The notes: generated by a model not told the origin, from the letters alone. Counted from the first letter of the stretch, positions 1-9,642 are shown. The stretch is DNA of 64,000 nucleotides from Ruminococcus sp. (GCA_021770655.1 JAETQO010000018.1:1305-65304), one strand, 5' to 3'. Translations and numbers: made by a program.

Positions 1-376
1 TAATAAGCCTTCTGAGGTGGAAAAAAAGCTTTTCCCAAGCTATGTTCTGGTTAAAATGGTGCTTACGGACGATTCCTGGTATATCGTAAGAAATACCAGA
101 GGCGTAACGGGCTTTGTAGGTCCTGCGTCCAAGCCGGTACCGCTTACTGAAAAAGAGGTTGCGGCGCTTGGTGTCGATACCGAAAGAAGCTCGGGCATTG
201 AGGTTAATTTCAAAGAGGGCGACAGCGTTATCGTTACATCGGGTTCTTTCGAGGGCTTTACGGGCGTTGTGGAGAAATTCGATATGGAGGCTCAGACCGC
301 CGACGTAAAGGTTTCGATGTTCGGAAGAGAGACCTCGGTTACTCTGCCGCTTACGCAGATAAAGGCAGACGCCTGA
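1..376 (+). CDS. nusG: Transcription antitermination factor NusG, C-terminal part (5' end outside window)
   Basis: Frame is open from base 2 with no upstream start in the window. Contains KKLFPSYVLVKM and the KOW-type motif GDSVIVTSGSFEGFTGVV. Sits directly upstream of rplK-rplA. Confidence 0.85.
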   Translation, partial: NKPSEVEKKLFPSYVLVKMVLTDDSWYIVRNTRGVTGFVGPASKPVPLTEKEVAALGVDTERSSGIEVNFKEGDSVIVTSGSFEGFTGVVEKFDMEAQTADVKVSMFGRETSVTLPLTQIKADA

Positions 377-478
377 TCTCTTGGGAAAAAACGGAGGGTA
401 TGTTCTCCGTAAAAAAATCATTCGTTTGAAATGGAAGCAAAACCGCTCAGGCGGTTCGGATATACGGCTTCCGGAAAC

Positions 479-531
479 GTGGGAGAGCGCTCGGCGCTCG
501 CCTTACCACTTAATTATGGAGGTGCGAACAA
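479..531 (+). promoter_or_regulatory. Putative L1-binding mRNA leader (23S L1-stalk mimic) upstream of rplK
   Basis: GTGGGAG (479-485), a 6-bp hairpin GAGCGC/GCGCTC (485-499), then TTACCACTTAAT (503-514) abutting the SD GGAGG. GUGG can pair with CCAC. Resembles the E. coli 23S L1-stalk strings GGUGGGAGG...AUACCACCCUUUAAU (recalled from memory). Confidence 0.5.
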
Positions 532-957
532 ATGGCACAAAAGGTAGTAGGCTATATTAAGCTTCAGATTCCAGCAGGAAAGGCAACTCCTGCACCGCCG
601 GTAGGTCCGGCTCTTGGTCAGCATGGTGTTAACATCATGGCGTTCACAAAGGATTTCAACGAGAGAACCAAGAACGATATCGGTCTTATAATCCCTGTTG
701 TTATCACTGTATACGCAGACAGATCGTTTACATTTATCACTAAGACTCCTCCTGCGGCTGTTCTTATCAAGAAGGCGTGCAAGATCGAGTCCGGTTCCGG
801 CGTACCTAACAAGACTAAGGTTGCAACTATCACAAAAGAGCAGGTTCAGAAGATCGCTGAGCAGAAGATGCCCGACCTGAACGCCGCAAGCCTTGAGAGT
901 GCAATGAGCATGATCGCCGGTACTTGCCGTTCAATGGGTATCGTAGTTGAGGATTAA
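532..957 (+). CDS. rplK: 50S ribosomal protein L11
   Basis: [38 protein letters not shown] is canonical L11. Good SD. Confidence 0.97.
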   Translation: MAQKVVGYIKLQIPAGKATPAPPVGPALGQHGVNIMAFTKDFNERTKNDIGLIIPVVITVYADRSFTFITKTPPAAVLIKKACKIESGSGVPNKTKVATITKEQVQKIAEQKMPDLNAASLESAMSMIAGTCRSMGIVVED

Positions 958-989
958 TTAATCGGACTGCGGAAATGCCGCAGGCAATG

Positions 990-1060
990 GTGGGAGGAAT
1001 TTTCCGCTAACCGGCACGATTTCACCGCCGGTATTACCACTTAATGAGGAGGAAATATTA
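990..1060 (+). promoter_or_regulatory. Second copy of the putative L1-binding leader motif, upstream of rplA
   Basis: GTGGGAG (990-996), hairpin CCGGC/GCCGG (1011-1031), and an identical 12-mer TTACCACTTAAT (1034-1045) just before the SD GAGGAGG. Confidence 0.5.
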
Positions 1061-1756
1061 ATGAAACATGGCAAGAAGTATGTTGATAGCGCAAAAACTA
1101 TCGACAAGTCTAAGCAATATGACGCTCCTGAGGCTCTTGAACTTGCAGCTAAGGGTGCAAAAGCAAAGTTTGACGAGACCATTGAGCTTCACATCCGTCT
1201 CGGCGTTGACTCAAGACACGCTGATCAGCAGGTAAGAGGCGCGGTCGTACTTCCTAACGGAACAGGTAAGACTGTAAGAGTCTGCGTATTCTGCAAGGAG
1301 GACAAGTACGAGGCCGCAAAGGCTGCCGGTGCAGATTATGTAGGCGGTATGGATCTTGTTGAAAAGATCACAAAGGAAAACTGGATGGATTTCGACGTTG
1401 TTGTTGCTTCGCCTGATATGATGGGCGTTGTAGGCCGTCTCGGTAAGATCCTCGGACCAAGAGGTCTTATGCCGAACCCTAAGGCAGGAACGGTTACACC
1501 TGATGTAGCAAAGGCTGTTACAGACGCTAAGGCAGGTAAGATCGAGTATCGTCTTGATAAGACAAACATCATTCACTGCCCTATCGGAAAGGCTTCCTTC
1601 GGTGTTGAAAAGCTTGAGCAGAACTTCAACACACTTATCGACGCTATCGTTAAGGCTAAGCCGGCGGCTGCAAAGGGTCAGTATCTTAAGAGCGTTGTAG
1701 TAGCTTCTACAATGGGCCCCGGAATCAAGATCAGCACTGCTAAGTACGGCAACTAA
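1061..1756 (+). CDS. rplA: 50S ribosomal protein L1
   Basis: 231 aa with full-length L1-like sequence ([25 protein letters not shown]). Confidence 0.97.
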   Translation: MKHGKKYVDSAKTIDKSKQYDAPEALELAAKGAKAKFDETIELHIRLGVDSRHADQQVRGAVVLPNGTGKTVRVCVFCKEDKYEAAKAAGADYVGGMDLVEKITKENWMDFDVVVASPDMMGVVGRLGKILGPRGLMPNPKAGTVTPDVAKAVTDAKAGKIEYRLDKTNIIHCPIGKASFGVEKLEQNFNTLIDAIVKAKPAAAKGQYLKSVVVASTMGPGIKISTAKYGN

Positions 1757-1769
1757 TTCTGATATATCA

Positions 1770-1803
1770 ATTCAGCACGGTTTTTACTGTGCTGAATTTT
1801 TTT
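1770..1803 (+). terminator. Intrinsic terminator after rplA
   Basis: 9-bp stem ATTCAGCAC/GTGCTGAAT with a 10-nt loop, followed by a T-run. Confidence 0.75.
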
Positions 1804-1826
1804 GTGTTTGCAAAGGACGTGATGAT

Positions 1827-2183
1827 TTGACCAGAGAAAAATATCTTGAGTTTTGTAATTCTATCTCCGGCGCGGTTTCGGATATGCCCTTCCGTGAGGA
1901 TTTTAACTCGGTGGTGCTGAGACATTGGGACAACCGCAAATGGTTCGGACTGGTCATGGAACACAACGGCAGGGATATTGTTAATCTGAAGCTTTCGCCC
2001 GATGAGGTTTTGTTCTACAGGGATATGTATGAGGGGATAACCGAGGCTTATCATATGAACAAGACACATTGGATAACTTTGTACCTTGACAGCGACGTTC
2101 CCGAAGAGGAGATAAAAAATCTTACGATGATAAGCTTTGAGCTTACCGCTTCACGGAAAAAAAGGCGACGGGTGGGAATCTGA
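1827..2183 (+). CDS. MmcQ/YjbR-family protein
   Basis: 118 aa with a TTG start. The pattern PFREDFNSVVLRHWDNRKWFGLV...HMNKTHWITL is typical of the YjbR/MmcQ fold family. Confidence 0.65.
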   Translation: MTREKYLEFCNSISGAVSDMPFREDFNSVVLRHWDNRKWFGLVMEHNGRDIVNLKLSPDEVLFYRDMYEGITEAYHMNKTHWITLYLDSDVPEEEIKNLTMISFELTASRKKRRRVGI

Positions 2184-2198
2184 ACATTAGATGTTTGA
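2181..2198. promoter_or_regulatory. Operator-like imperfect palindrome TGAACAT-TAG-ATGTTTGA
   Basis: Shares TGAACATnAGATGTT with the perfect palindrome at 2300-2324. Confidence 0.3.
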
Positions 2199-2233
2199 AT
2201 TTCAGATTGCTGATAAAGCAATGCAGTGTAGCT

Positions 2234-2272
2234 AAGGGGAAGTCCTTTATCGCAGGGCTTCCCCTTATTTTA
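2234..2272 (+). terminator. Intrinsic terminator after the MmcQ-like gene
   Basis: Stem AAGGGGAAG/CTTCCCCTT followed by ATTTTA. Confidence 0.55.
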
Positions 2273-2299
2273 GCTCAAAGCAAGAGTTATTGATAAAAT

Positions 2300-2324
2300 A
2301 ATTTGAACATGAGATGTTCAAATT
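2300..2324. promoter_or_regulatory. Perfect 11-bp inverted repeat AATTTGAACAT-GAG-ATGTTCAAATT upstream of the alpha-galactosidase gene
   Basis: Read directly from the sequence. Lies about 70 nt before the ORF, and its geometry fits a dimeric repressor operator. Confidence 0.4.
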
Positions 2325-2392
2325 TTTATACTCGTTATAAAAGTTCATAAAAAAATTATTAAGTAATCGTTTTAGACGGTTGCATTATTTTT

Positions 2393-4663
2393 TTGTTATG
2401 TTATAATATCATTGTACCGCAAGGTTCAGATTTTTTGGAGGAGTGGTTTACTATTAATATCTTTTACAATGAAAAGGAGCGTTCCTTTAAGCTGAGAGCC
2501 AAGGATACGGATTATATGATGAAGGTGTGCGAGGGAGAATATCTCGGTCACGTTTACTACGGAAACAAGGTTCCCGACGAGGATCTTACTTATCTTTTAA
2601 GACTGGACGAAAGTCCTTTCACACCGGCGACCAACGACAGGGACAGAGCCTGCTATATGGATACTCTGCCGTTTGAATATCCCTGCTTCGGACTGGGCGA
2701 CTACAGAGAGCCTGCCCTGAAAATAATGGAAGAAGAGGGCATGTCTACCTGCGACCTCAGATATGTTTCATATAAGATATATGAGGGTAAGCCTAAGCTT
2801 GAGGGACTGCCTGCTACGTTTGCCACGGAGGAAAGCGGATGCTCTACTCTGGAGATATTAATGGAGGACAAGCACGCGGGTCTTGAGGTAAGGCTTATTT
2901 ATACTGCGTTTGACGAGCTGGACGTGATAACCCGTTCCGCTGTTATTTCAAATAAAGGGGAAAAGCCTGTCAAGATAACAAGAGCGCTTTCCGCCTGCGT
3001 TGATTTCGATACGGATAAAATGGATATGATAACTCTCAACGGTTCGTGGGCAAGAGAAAGAGCCGTTGAAAGATGCAGACTTCACCACGGCAAGCAGTTG
3101 GTGGATTCCTGCAAGGGCGAGTCTTCTCATCAGAGCAATCCTTTCGTGGCTTTGTGCGAACACAAGGCCGATGAGGACAGCGGGGAGGTGTTCGGCTTTA
3201 ACTTTGTTTATTCCGGAAACTTCTATGCTCAGGCGGAGGTAACTCAGCATAAGAAAACACGTTTCCTTATGGGTATAAATCCGCTGGATTTTGAGTGGTT
3301 GCTGGAAAAGGATGAAAGCTTTACCTGCCCGGAGGTCGTAATGGTGCATTCCGACGAGGGTCTGGGAAAAATGTCGAGGACCTTCCACGATCTGTACAGA
3401 AACAATCTTATCAGAGGCGAATACAAGGATAAAAGACGTCCGATACTTATAAACAACTGGGAAGCCACATATTTTGATTTTAATACCGAAAAGCTTATCG
3501 ACATTGCAAGAGAGGCCTCAAAGCTGGGAATCGAAATGCTTGTTATGGACGACGGCTGGTTCGGTCACAGAGATTCCGATAATTCCTCGCTGGGCGACTG
3601 GTTCGTTTATGAGAAAAAATTGAAAGGCGGACTTAAATATCTGGTAGACGAGGTAAACAAGCTGGGAATGAAGTTCGGTATCTGGTTCGAGCCGGAAATG
3701 ATCTCTCCCGATTCGGAGCTTTATAAGGCTCACCCCGACTGGGCGATACAGATAAACGGCAGACCCCTTACTCTTTGCAGAGAACAGTATGTGCTGGATT
3801 ATTCCAGAAAGGACGTAAGAGATTACGTTTACGGAATGATGAGAAAGATACTCGATTCCGCAAATATCGAATATATAAAGTGGGACATGAACAGACAGCT
3901 TACAGAGGTAGGCTCCAACGCTCTTCCCGCAAACAGACAGAGAGAGCTCTGGCACAGATATGTTCTGGGCGTTTACGATCTTATGGACAGGTTAACTACG
4001 GACTATCCGCATATCCTGCTTGAAAACTGCTCGGGCGGCGGAGCGAGATTTGACCCCGGTATGCTTTATTACAGTCCGCAGATATGGTGCTCGGACGACA
4101 CCGACGCTATCGAAAGACTGAAGATACAGCACGGTACTTCAATGTGCTATCCCTGCTCGGCAATGGGCGCTCACGTTTCCGACTGCCCTAACCATACGGT
4201 AGGAAGAAAAACTCCGTTTTCCACAAGAGGTCACGTTGCAATGGTCGGTACTTTCGGCTATGAGCTGGACGTGACAAGGATACCGCAGGAGGACAGGGAC
4301 GCTATCCCTGCGCAGATCGAGGAGTTCAACAAGTACAACAAGCTTGTGAGAACGGGCGATCATTACAGGATAGGAAATATGTTCGAGGACAACACCTGGG
4401 ACGCATGGATGTTTGTGGCTAAGGACAAGGGCGAGGCTCTCTTTGAGTTCGTACAGGTGCTTGCAAGACCTAACGAGCGTTCGAGAAGGATAAAGCTGAA
4501 AGGTCTTGAGCCGGAGGCTTACTATTACGAGGAGAGCGAGCCGGATAAGAAAATCTCTGGCGCGGCGCTTATGAACGCAGGAATTAATATTGCCAAGATA
4601 TGGAACGGCGACGGACTTTACGGAGATTTCGCTTCAAAGATTTTGCACTTCGTAAAGTGCTAG
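2393..4663 (+). CDS. Alpha-galactosidase, GH36 family (true start uncertain, probably near 2440-2460)
   Basis: About 750 aa. Contains NIFYNEKERSFKLRAKDTDYMM, LINNWEATYFDFN, MDDGWFG and KWDMNR motifs typical of GH36 AgaA/RafA enzymes. Confidence 0.9.
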   Translation: MLCYNIIVPQGSDFLEEWFTINIFYNEKERSFKLRAKDTDYMMKVCEGEYLGHVYYGNKVPDEDLTYLLRLDESPFTPATNDRDRACYMDTLPFEYPCFGLGDYREPALKIMEEEGMSTCDLRYVSYKIYEGKPKLEGLPATFATEESGCSTLEILMEDKHAGLEVRLIYTAFDELDVITRSAVISNKGEKPVKITRALSACVDFDTDKMDMITLNGSWARERAVERCRLHHGKQLVDSCKGESSHQSNPFVALCEHKADEDSGEVFGFNFVYSGNFYAQAEVTQHKKTRFLMGINPLDFEWLLEKDESFTCPEVVMVHSDEGLGKMSRTFHDLYRNNLIRGEYKDKRRPILINNWEATYFDFNTEKLIDIAREASKLGIEMLVMDDGWFGHRDSDNSSLGDWFVYEKKLKGGLKYLVDEVNKLGMKFGIWFEPEMISPDSELYKAHPDWAIQINGRPLTLCREQYVLDYSRKDVRDYVYGMMRKILDSANIEYIKWDMNRQLTEVGSNALPANRQRELWHRYVLGVYDLMDRLTTDYPHILLENCSGGGARFDPGMLYYSPQIWCSDDTDAIERLKIQHGTSMCYPCSAMGAHVSDCPNHTVGRKTPFSTRGHVAMVGTFGYELDVTRIPQEDRDAIPAQIEEFNKYNKLVRTGDHYRIGNMFEDNTWDAWMFVAKDKGEALFEFVQVLARPNERSRRIKLKGLEPEAYYYEESEPDKKISGAALMNAGINIAKIWNGDGLYGDFASKILHFVKC

Positions 4664-4770
4664 AACAGGTGCGGCGGATAAAAGCTATGAGGAATTTCAT
4701 CAGGGAAATCAATTTTCAAAATATTAAATCGGGAAAAGACGATATTATGTTTAAATTACAATAATTATCC

Positions 4771-4806
4771 GTATATCTTCCCCGCCGTACGGCGGGGAAG
4801 ATATAC
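4771..4806 (+). terminator. Strong hairpin after the alpha-galactosidase gene
   Basis: Palindrome of about 17 bp per arm: GTATATCTTCCCCGCCG...CGGCGGGGAAGATATAC. No clear T-run. Confidence 0.5.
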
Positions 4807-4988
4807 AGAAACAAGCTCTTTATGTAAAAAATGATTTCCGTGGAATTTCATATATTTCCCTTGACTTTCTGTCGGGGTTATAGTACAATAGATTTGGAAA
4901 TAATACGTTCGGATTTTAAGGCGGAAAAGAAAAACTCCGCCTTAAAACGGCAAGAAAATGTAAACGACTACATAAAAGGAGAACTTAC

Positions 4989-7271
4989 ATGAGAGTAAAA
5001 AAAATGACGGCGCTTGTCTGCGCGGCCGTACTGGCTGTTTCGGCGATGTCAGGCTGTTCTAAAAAGGACGAGTCCTCTTCGGATTCGGACAAGGATATGA
5101 CGAAGAATTATTATAACGCTCAGCCCGTGGAAACCGGTTGGGAGTGGGGAAACGTTGAGATAGTTGACGGCGGTTTTATCCCCGATGTTATCTATAACCC
5201 TACGGAGGAAGGTCTTATATACGCAAGGACCGATATGGGCGGCGCATATAAGTACAATAAGGATACAGAGCGGTGGGAGTGTATAACAGACTGCTTCGGA
5301 GGCGACGATTGGAATTACAACGGTACTGAAAGCCTTGCAACAGACCCTGTTGAGCCTAACAGAGTGTATCTTGCGGCAGGAACTTATTCCACCAGCAACG
5401 GCGCGATATTCGCTTCCGACGATTACGGCAAGAACTGGACTATCTGTGAAATGCCTTTCGGTATGGGCGGAAACGAGGTCGGAAGAGGCTGCGGAGAAAG
5501 ATTGCAGGTAGACCCTAATGACAACTCCATACTTTATTTCGGCTCAAGAGCCGACGGACTCTGGAAGTCTACCGATTATGGTGCAACATGGAACGAGGTA
5601 ACTTCATTCCCGACCAAAGGCGGATATACCGAGGACGGTTATTCTATCGGCCTTACATTTGTGGCGTTTGATAAGTCAAGCTCGGAAAAGGGAGAGGCAA
5701 CAAAGACTATCATTGTCGGAGCCGCCGGAACACAGGGAGATTATCTTTACCGTTCCGACGACGCAGGCGAAAGCTGGACGGCTATTCCTAACCCTACTGC
5801 CGAGGAGACAGGCGACAAGACCGAAAAACTCAAGCCCTGCCAGGGCGAGATCTCGTCCGACGGTTATCTTTATACTACATGGTCCTTTAAAGTAGGTCCA
5901 AACGGAGCGTCGGCGGGTGCGGTCCAGAAGTATAATCTTGAAACGGGCGAGTGGACGGAGATTACTCCTGAGAGGCTGTATACCTGCGGTTATAACGGAA
6001 TTTCGGTAAATCCGAACGACCCGAATATGATCGTCTGTACGACCCTTGACCTCTGGGCATACTTCGACAATGTTTTCGTTTCCTATGACGGCGGCGAAAC
6101 CTGGGACGGAATCTGGTCCTGTGAAAAGGGCGGCGATCCTGTAAACAATTTCAATCTCGATATAAGCAATGCCCCTTGGCTTGATTGGCAGGGACAGCTT
6201 AAGCCGGGCTGGTGGATGACCGGCGTTGCTATCAACCCGTTTAACCCCGATGAGGTTCTTTACACAACAGGCGCAACTATTTTCGGAACAACAAATATCT
6301 CAAAGATAAAGGAAGAGCCTGTTAATATCGAAGTAAGAGCAATGGGCGTCGAAATGACTGCTATCTTCGATTTTGTTGCCCCCTGCGATAACGGCGAGGG
6401 TACGCCCGAGCTTTATTCGACAATGGGAGATATTTACGGTTTCAGACATGATGATGTAACAGTCGTTCCGAAGGAGCATTTCGGCGATTTCAAAGCCACA
6501 TCGATAGACTGTGCATCGCAGGATTATAAAATAGTAGCGAGAGCGACGGACGATGGCGAGGGTTCTGTTTATTATTCTACCGATGCGGCGGAAACATGGA
6601 ACGCAGTTGAAACTCTTCCGGAGGGCGTAGGCAAAAAGGCAGGCGGAACAGTAAAGGTTTCGGCGGACGGCAAAAAGCTGTTTTATCAGTGCGGCACTAC
6701 AGGCGTTGGCGCATTTGTGACCGACGACTTCGGAAAGTCCTGGACAGCCTGCGAGGGACTTCCTGCAAACTGCATGATAGAAACGGACAAGGTGAATCCG
6801 GACAGATTCTACGGAACATATGACGGTACGTTCTATATGAGCACAGACGGAGGAAAAACCTTCAGCTCTATCGCAAACTTCCTTGTATCCAACTTTACAA
6901 TGGCCGCCTGTCCCGACACGGAGGGCGATCTGTGGCTTGCTGTCGGCGGCGGCGGAGTTTACTACCTTGATACTTCCACAGGTACGCTCACCTCTACGTC
7001 TGAGGACGTGACGACCTGCGACGCTATCGGTCTCGGAAAGGCTGAAAAGGAGGGCGACTATATGGCTCTCTATATGCTGGGCGAGGCTAACGGCGACGGC
7101 TACGGAGTATATCAGTCTACCGACAAGGGCGTGACATGGAAGAGAATAAACGACGATACCCAGAAGTGGGGCAACGTCAAGAAGATAATCAGCGGCGACC
7201 CCAAGACCTACGGCAGAGTTTATATTGCTACGGACGGCCGCGGTATAATCATGGGAAACGTTAAAGAATAA
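4989..7271 (+). CDS. GH74-like xyloglucanase-type glycoside hydrolase, lipoprotein (BNR/Asp-box beta-propellers)
   Basis: Signal peptide with lipobox (AVSAMSGC). Has nine or more SxDxGxTW-type boxes (SDDYGKNWT, STDYGATWN, SDDAGESWT, SYDGGETWD and others). The N-terminal block GGFIPDVIYNPTEEGLIYARTDMGGAYKYN matches the GH74 signature as I recall it. No dockerin or CBM is visible. Confidence 0.8.
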   Translation: MRVKKMTALVCAAVLAVSAMSGCSKKDESSSDSDKDMTKNYYNAQPVETGWEWGNVEIVDGGFIPDVIYNPTEEGLIYARTDMGGAYKYNKDTERWECITDCFGGDDWNYNGTESLATDPVEPNRVYLAAGTYSTSNGAIFASDDYGKNWTICEMPFGMGGNEVGRGCGERLQVDPNDNSILYFGSRADGLWKSTDYGATWNEVTSFPTKGGYTEDGYSIGLTFVAFDKSSSEKGEATKTIIVGAAGTQGDYLYRSDDAGESWTAIPNPTAEETGDKTEKLKPCQGEISSDGYLYTTWSFKVGPNGASAGAVQKYNLETGEWTEITPERLYTCGYNGISVNPNDPNMIVCTTLDLWAYFDNVFVSYDGGETWDGIWSCEKGGDPVNNFNLDISNAPWLDWQGQLKPGWWMTGVAINPFNPDEVLYTTGATIFGTTNISKIKEEPVNIEVRAMGVEMTAIFDFVAPCDNGEGTPELYSTMGDIYGFRHDDVTVVPKEHFGDFKATSIDCASQDYKIVARATDDGEGSVYYSTDAAETWNAVETLPEGVGKKAGGTVKVSADGKKLFYQCGTTGVGAFVTDDFGKSWTACEGLPANCMIETDKVNPDRFYGTYDGTFYMSTDGGKTFSSIANFLVSNFTMAACPDTEGDLWLAVGGGGVYYLDTSTGTLTSTSEDVTTCDAIGLGKAEKEGDYMALYMLGEANGDGYGVYQSTDKGVTWKRINDDTQKWGNVKKIISGDPKTYGRVYIATDGRGIIMGNVKE

Positions 7272-7277
7272 TAACTA

Positions 7278-7326
7278 AGGGCAGGCTCACAGCGGCGCTT
7301 TTACAGCCGCCTGAAGAGCCTGCCCT
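7278..7326 (+). terminator. Compound hairpin after the GH74-like gene
   Basis: Outer stem AGGGCAGGCTC/GAGCCTGCCCT with inner stem GCGGC/GCCGC. A second small hairpin and T-rich tract follow at about 7342-7380. Confidence 0.5.
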
Positions 7327-7484
7327 GTCGGTTATATAAAGGCGGTTCAGACCGCTTTACTGTCTTTTTGGTTTTTTCAAAAAAATTTTATAAAAGTTTG
7401 TTGTTTTCGGTTTTTCATTCGTCTTAATTACAGCGGAGCAAAAACTCTGCGGCTGAAGCAGCAATTATAGGGAGGAAAAATTTT

Positions 7485-9224
7485 ATGGACAGCGTCAAGC
7501 AATTAGCCGAACAAGCGGCAAAGGGTAATGAAAAAGCTTTCGGCGAGCTTTATGAGCTTACCAAATCCGTAGTATGGTTTACCTGCATAAATCTGCTGAA
7601 AAATGAAACCAGCGCAAAGGACGTAATGCAGGATACATATCTGACCGCTTATTCAAAGCTTTCGACCTTGAACGATTATGGGGCTTTTCAAAGCTGGGTA
7701 AACAAAATTGCCGCAAATAAGAGCAGGGATATTCTGAAATCTAAGGCGGTCACGGCAGTAGACTGCGTTGAAACTGAAGAGCTCGAAACGCTTGAGGATG
7801 AAAATTTCCTGCCTGACGATTATGTCGTTGATCGTGAAAAACGCAGGATAATTATGGACATAGTGCGTAGTTGTCTGTCGGACATTCAGTATCAGACGGT
7901 AATAATGTATTACTTTGATGAAATGACCGCCGCTGAAATTGCGGTTGTTATGGATTGCGCAGAAAGTACGGTGCTTTATCGTCTTGGTGCTGCCCGAAAA
8001 AAGATCAAAGAGGGGGTAATGCAGTATGAAGAGCAGAACGATGACAAGCTGCATGCAATAGTGCCGATTCCTTTCCTGACGCAGCTTTTAAGAGCGGAAT
8101 CAAGGTCGGTTACTGTTCCGGACGTCCCTTTGGATATTGCTTCAGCCACTGAGAAAGTCTCCGAATTATCTGGAAATGCAGCCGACGGCATTGCAGAGTC
8201 GGCGATAACGGGAGGAAAAACTATGTTTAAAACACTCACTTCAAAGGTAATTGCGGGAACAGCAGTGGCAGCGGTGGCAGTAGGGATAGCTATCGCTGTG
8301 ATCGCAGCGAACGGCAAGTCAGATGATAACGCCGTAAAGGATAAATCTTCGGAAAATCCGGTAGTCAGCTCCACAAGTATTCTATCGGCAGACGACGGTT
8401 CTCTGACAACGCCTGTAATTTCTGAGACGGAAAAGCCTGCATTGTCTGAGGACTCATCAGAGGAAGAACCGGAAACCGTCGAGGAGGTAGACTATGTTCC
8501 GACTCAGGAGATAAAAGACGCTTCGTTTGAATCGGGACTGGTTCAGTATAACAATGACGTTTTCAGAAACGGCGGATATATTACCATAAAGGATTTTGTA
8601 GCTCAGTATTCCGACAGGTACGATTTTATGTTCGGAGATATGTCTTATGAAGAAGGAAAAGAATACTGGCTTCCATATGAGGGTGACAAATCTTTAAAGG
8701 AAATCCATGGCTCAGATATTCAGATGATACCAAAATACGGCAGCAAAAAGAATATAATCTCCGTAACCGTTGTTAATATGACGGATGAAAGCAGCGCTGC
8801 ACAGATGCAAGATGGCATAGTATTAAAAACCTCGATAGCTTTCCAGACAGATGAAAACGGTAATTATCTTGAGATAAATACTCCAGAATGGCTGCCGAAG
8901 GGCTGCAGCGCAGGGCCGGGTGAAAAGGACGCGATCAAATGGTCAATGATGAAGGGCGCTGACGCGGAAAATGCAGCAGCCAATGTGCAGTCGGCTATTG
9001 AAATGCTTGAAGCAGCAGGCTTTGTTGACGGCGACACCGTTGAGCTTGGTACTGAAAAGGTATACTATTTTGACGATTTTGAAGACGGAAAGTTTTTGAC
9101 CTTTGCTGTATCCGGCGATGAAAATCTGTTTGGTGCAGTGCCTTCGTTTGAGTACACGATAAGCTTTGACTCAGACGGGAATTACGTTCATATGTATTAT
9201 AATATTTTATTCGACGTGATGTAA
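7485..9224 (+). CDS. ECF-type sigma-70 factor fused to a transmembrane helix and an extracytoplasmic domain of about 300 aa
   Basis: Region 2 (DVMQDTYLTAYSKL...FQSWVNKIAANKSRD) and region 4 (YQTVIMYYFDEMTAAEIAVVMDCAESTVLYRLGAARKKI) are present. A TM helix VIAGTAVAAVAVGIAIAVIAA lies at nt about 8247-8309, followed by an S/E-rich linker and a domain I do not recognise. Confidence 0.8.
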   Translation: MDSVKQLAEQAAKGNEKAFGELYELTKSVVWFTCINLLKNETSAKDVMQDTYLTAYSKLSTLNDYGAFQSWVNKIAANKSRDILKSKAVTAVDCVETEELETLEDENFLPDDYVVDREKRRIIMDIVRSCLSDIQYQTVIMYYFDEMTAAEIAVVMDCAESTVLYRLGAARKKIKEGVMQYEEQNDDKLHAIVPIPFLTQLLRAESRSVTVPDVPLDIASATEKVSELSGNAADGIAESAITGGKTMFKTLTSKVIAGTAVAAVAVGIAIAVIAANGKSDDNAVKDKSSENPVVSSTSILSADDGSLTTPVISETEKPALSEDSSEEEPETVEEVDYVPTQEIKDASFESGLVQYNNDVFRNGGYITIKDFVAQYSDRYDFMFGDMSYEEGKEYWLPYEGDKSLKEIHGSDIQMIPKYGSKKNIISVTVVNMTDESSAAQMQDGIVLKTSIAFQTDENGNYLEINTPEWLPKGCSAGPGEKDAIKWSMMKGADAENAAANVQSAIEMLEAAGFVDGDTVELGTEKVYYFDDFEDGKFLTFAVSGDENLFGAVPSFEYTISFDSDGNYVHMYYNILFDVM

Positions 9225-9235
9225 GAATATCTCAG

Positions 9236-9275
9236 CGGGTGGACAGAAAAAGCTGTCTGCCCGTTGATTGTTTAT
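9236..9275 (+). terminator. Probable terminator after the sigma-fusion gene
   Basis: Imperfect stem CGGGTGGACAG/CTGTCTGCCCG followed by a T-rich tract. Confidence 0.45.
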
Positions 9276-9391
9276 TCAGATGTTTATGGGCTGTTGATAC
9301 TATATTATAAATATATTATGCTTTGTGCAATATGCCGAATATAGGCGATGAATGTTGATAAATTTCTACATTGTAAATTATCTGTAACCGC

Positions 9392-9420
9392 TTGCAATCA
9401 GCGAGGAGATAGTGTATAAT
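9392..9420 (+). promoter_or_regulatory. Sigma-A-type promoter (TTGCAA-17 nt-TATAAT) about 450 nt upstream of rpsJ
   Basis: TTGCAA at 9392-9397, a 17-nt spacer, TATAAT at 9415-9420. Confidence 0.5.
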
Positions 9421-9642
9421 AATACTTGCGTGACTGCACAAGGTCTATATAAATGTAGACTTGAAAGATATGCGATGAAACGGAAGGTTGCCGGCGGTAT
9501 GCCGGGTAATTTCCGCGGAGTATGTCCGATTTTAAACCGGGCGACTGTAATACCGAACACAGTATGTGCTTATGCTTCTTGCGATAGCGGGATAATTCCG
9601 CTTTGGCATGGGTGTGTGAATGCTGTGTGCGCTGTTTCTGAG

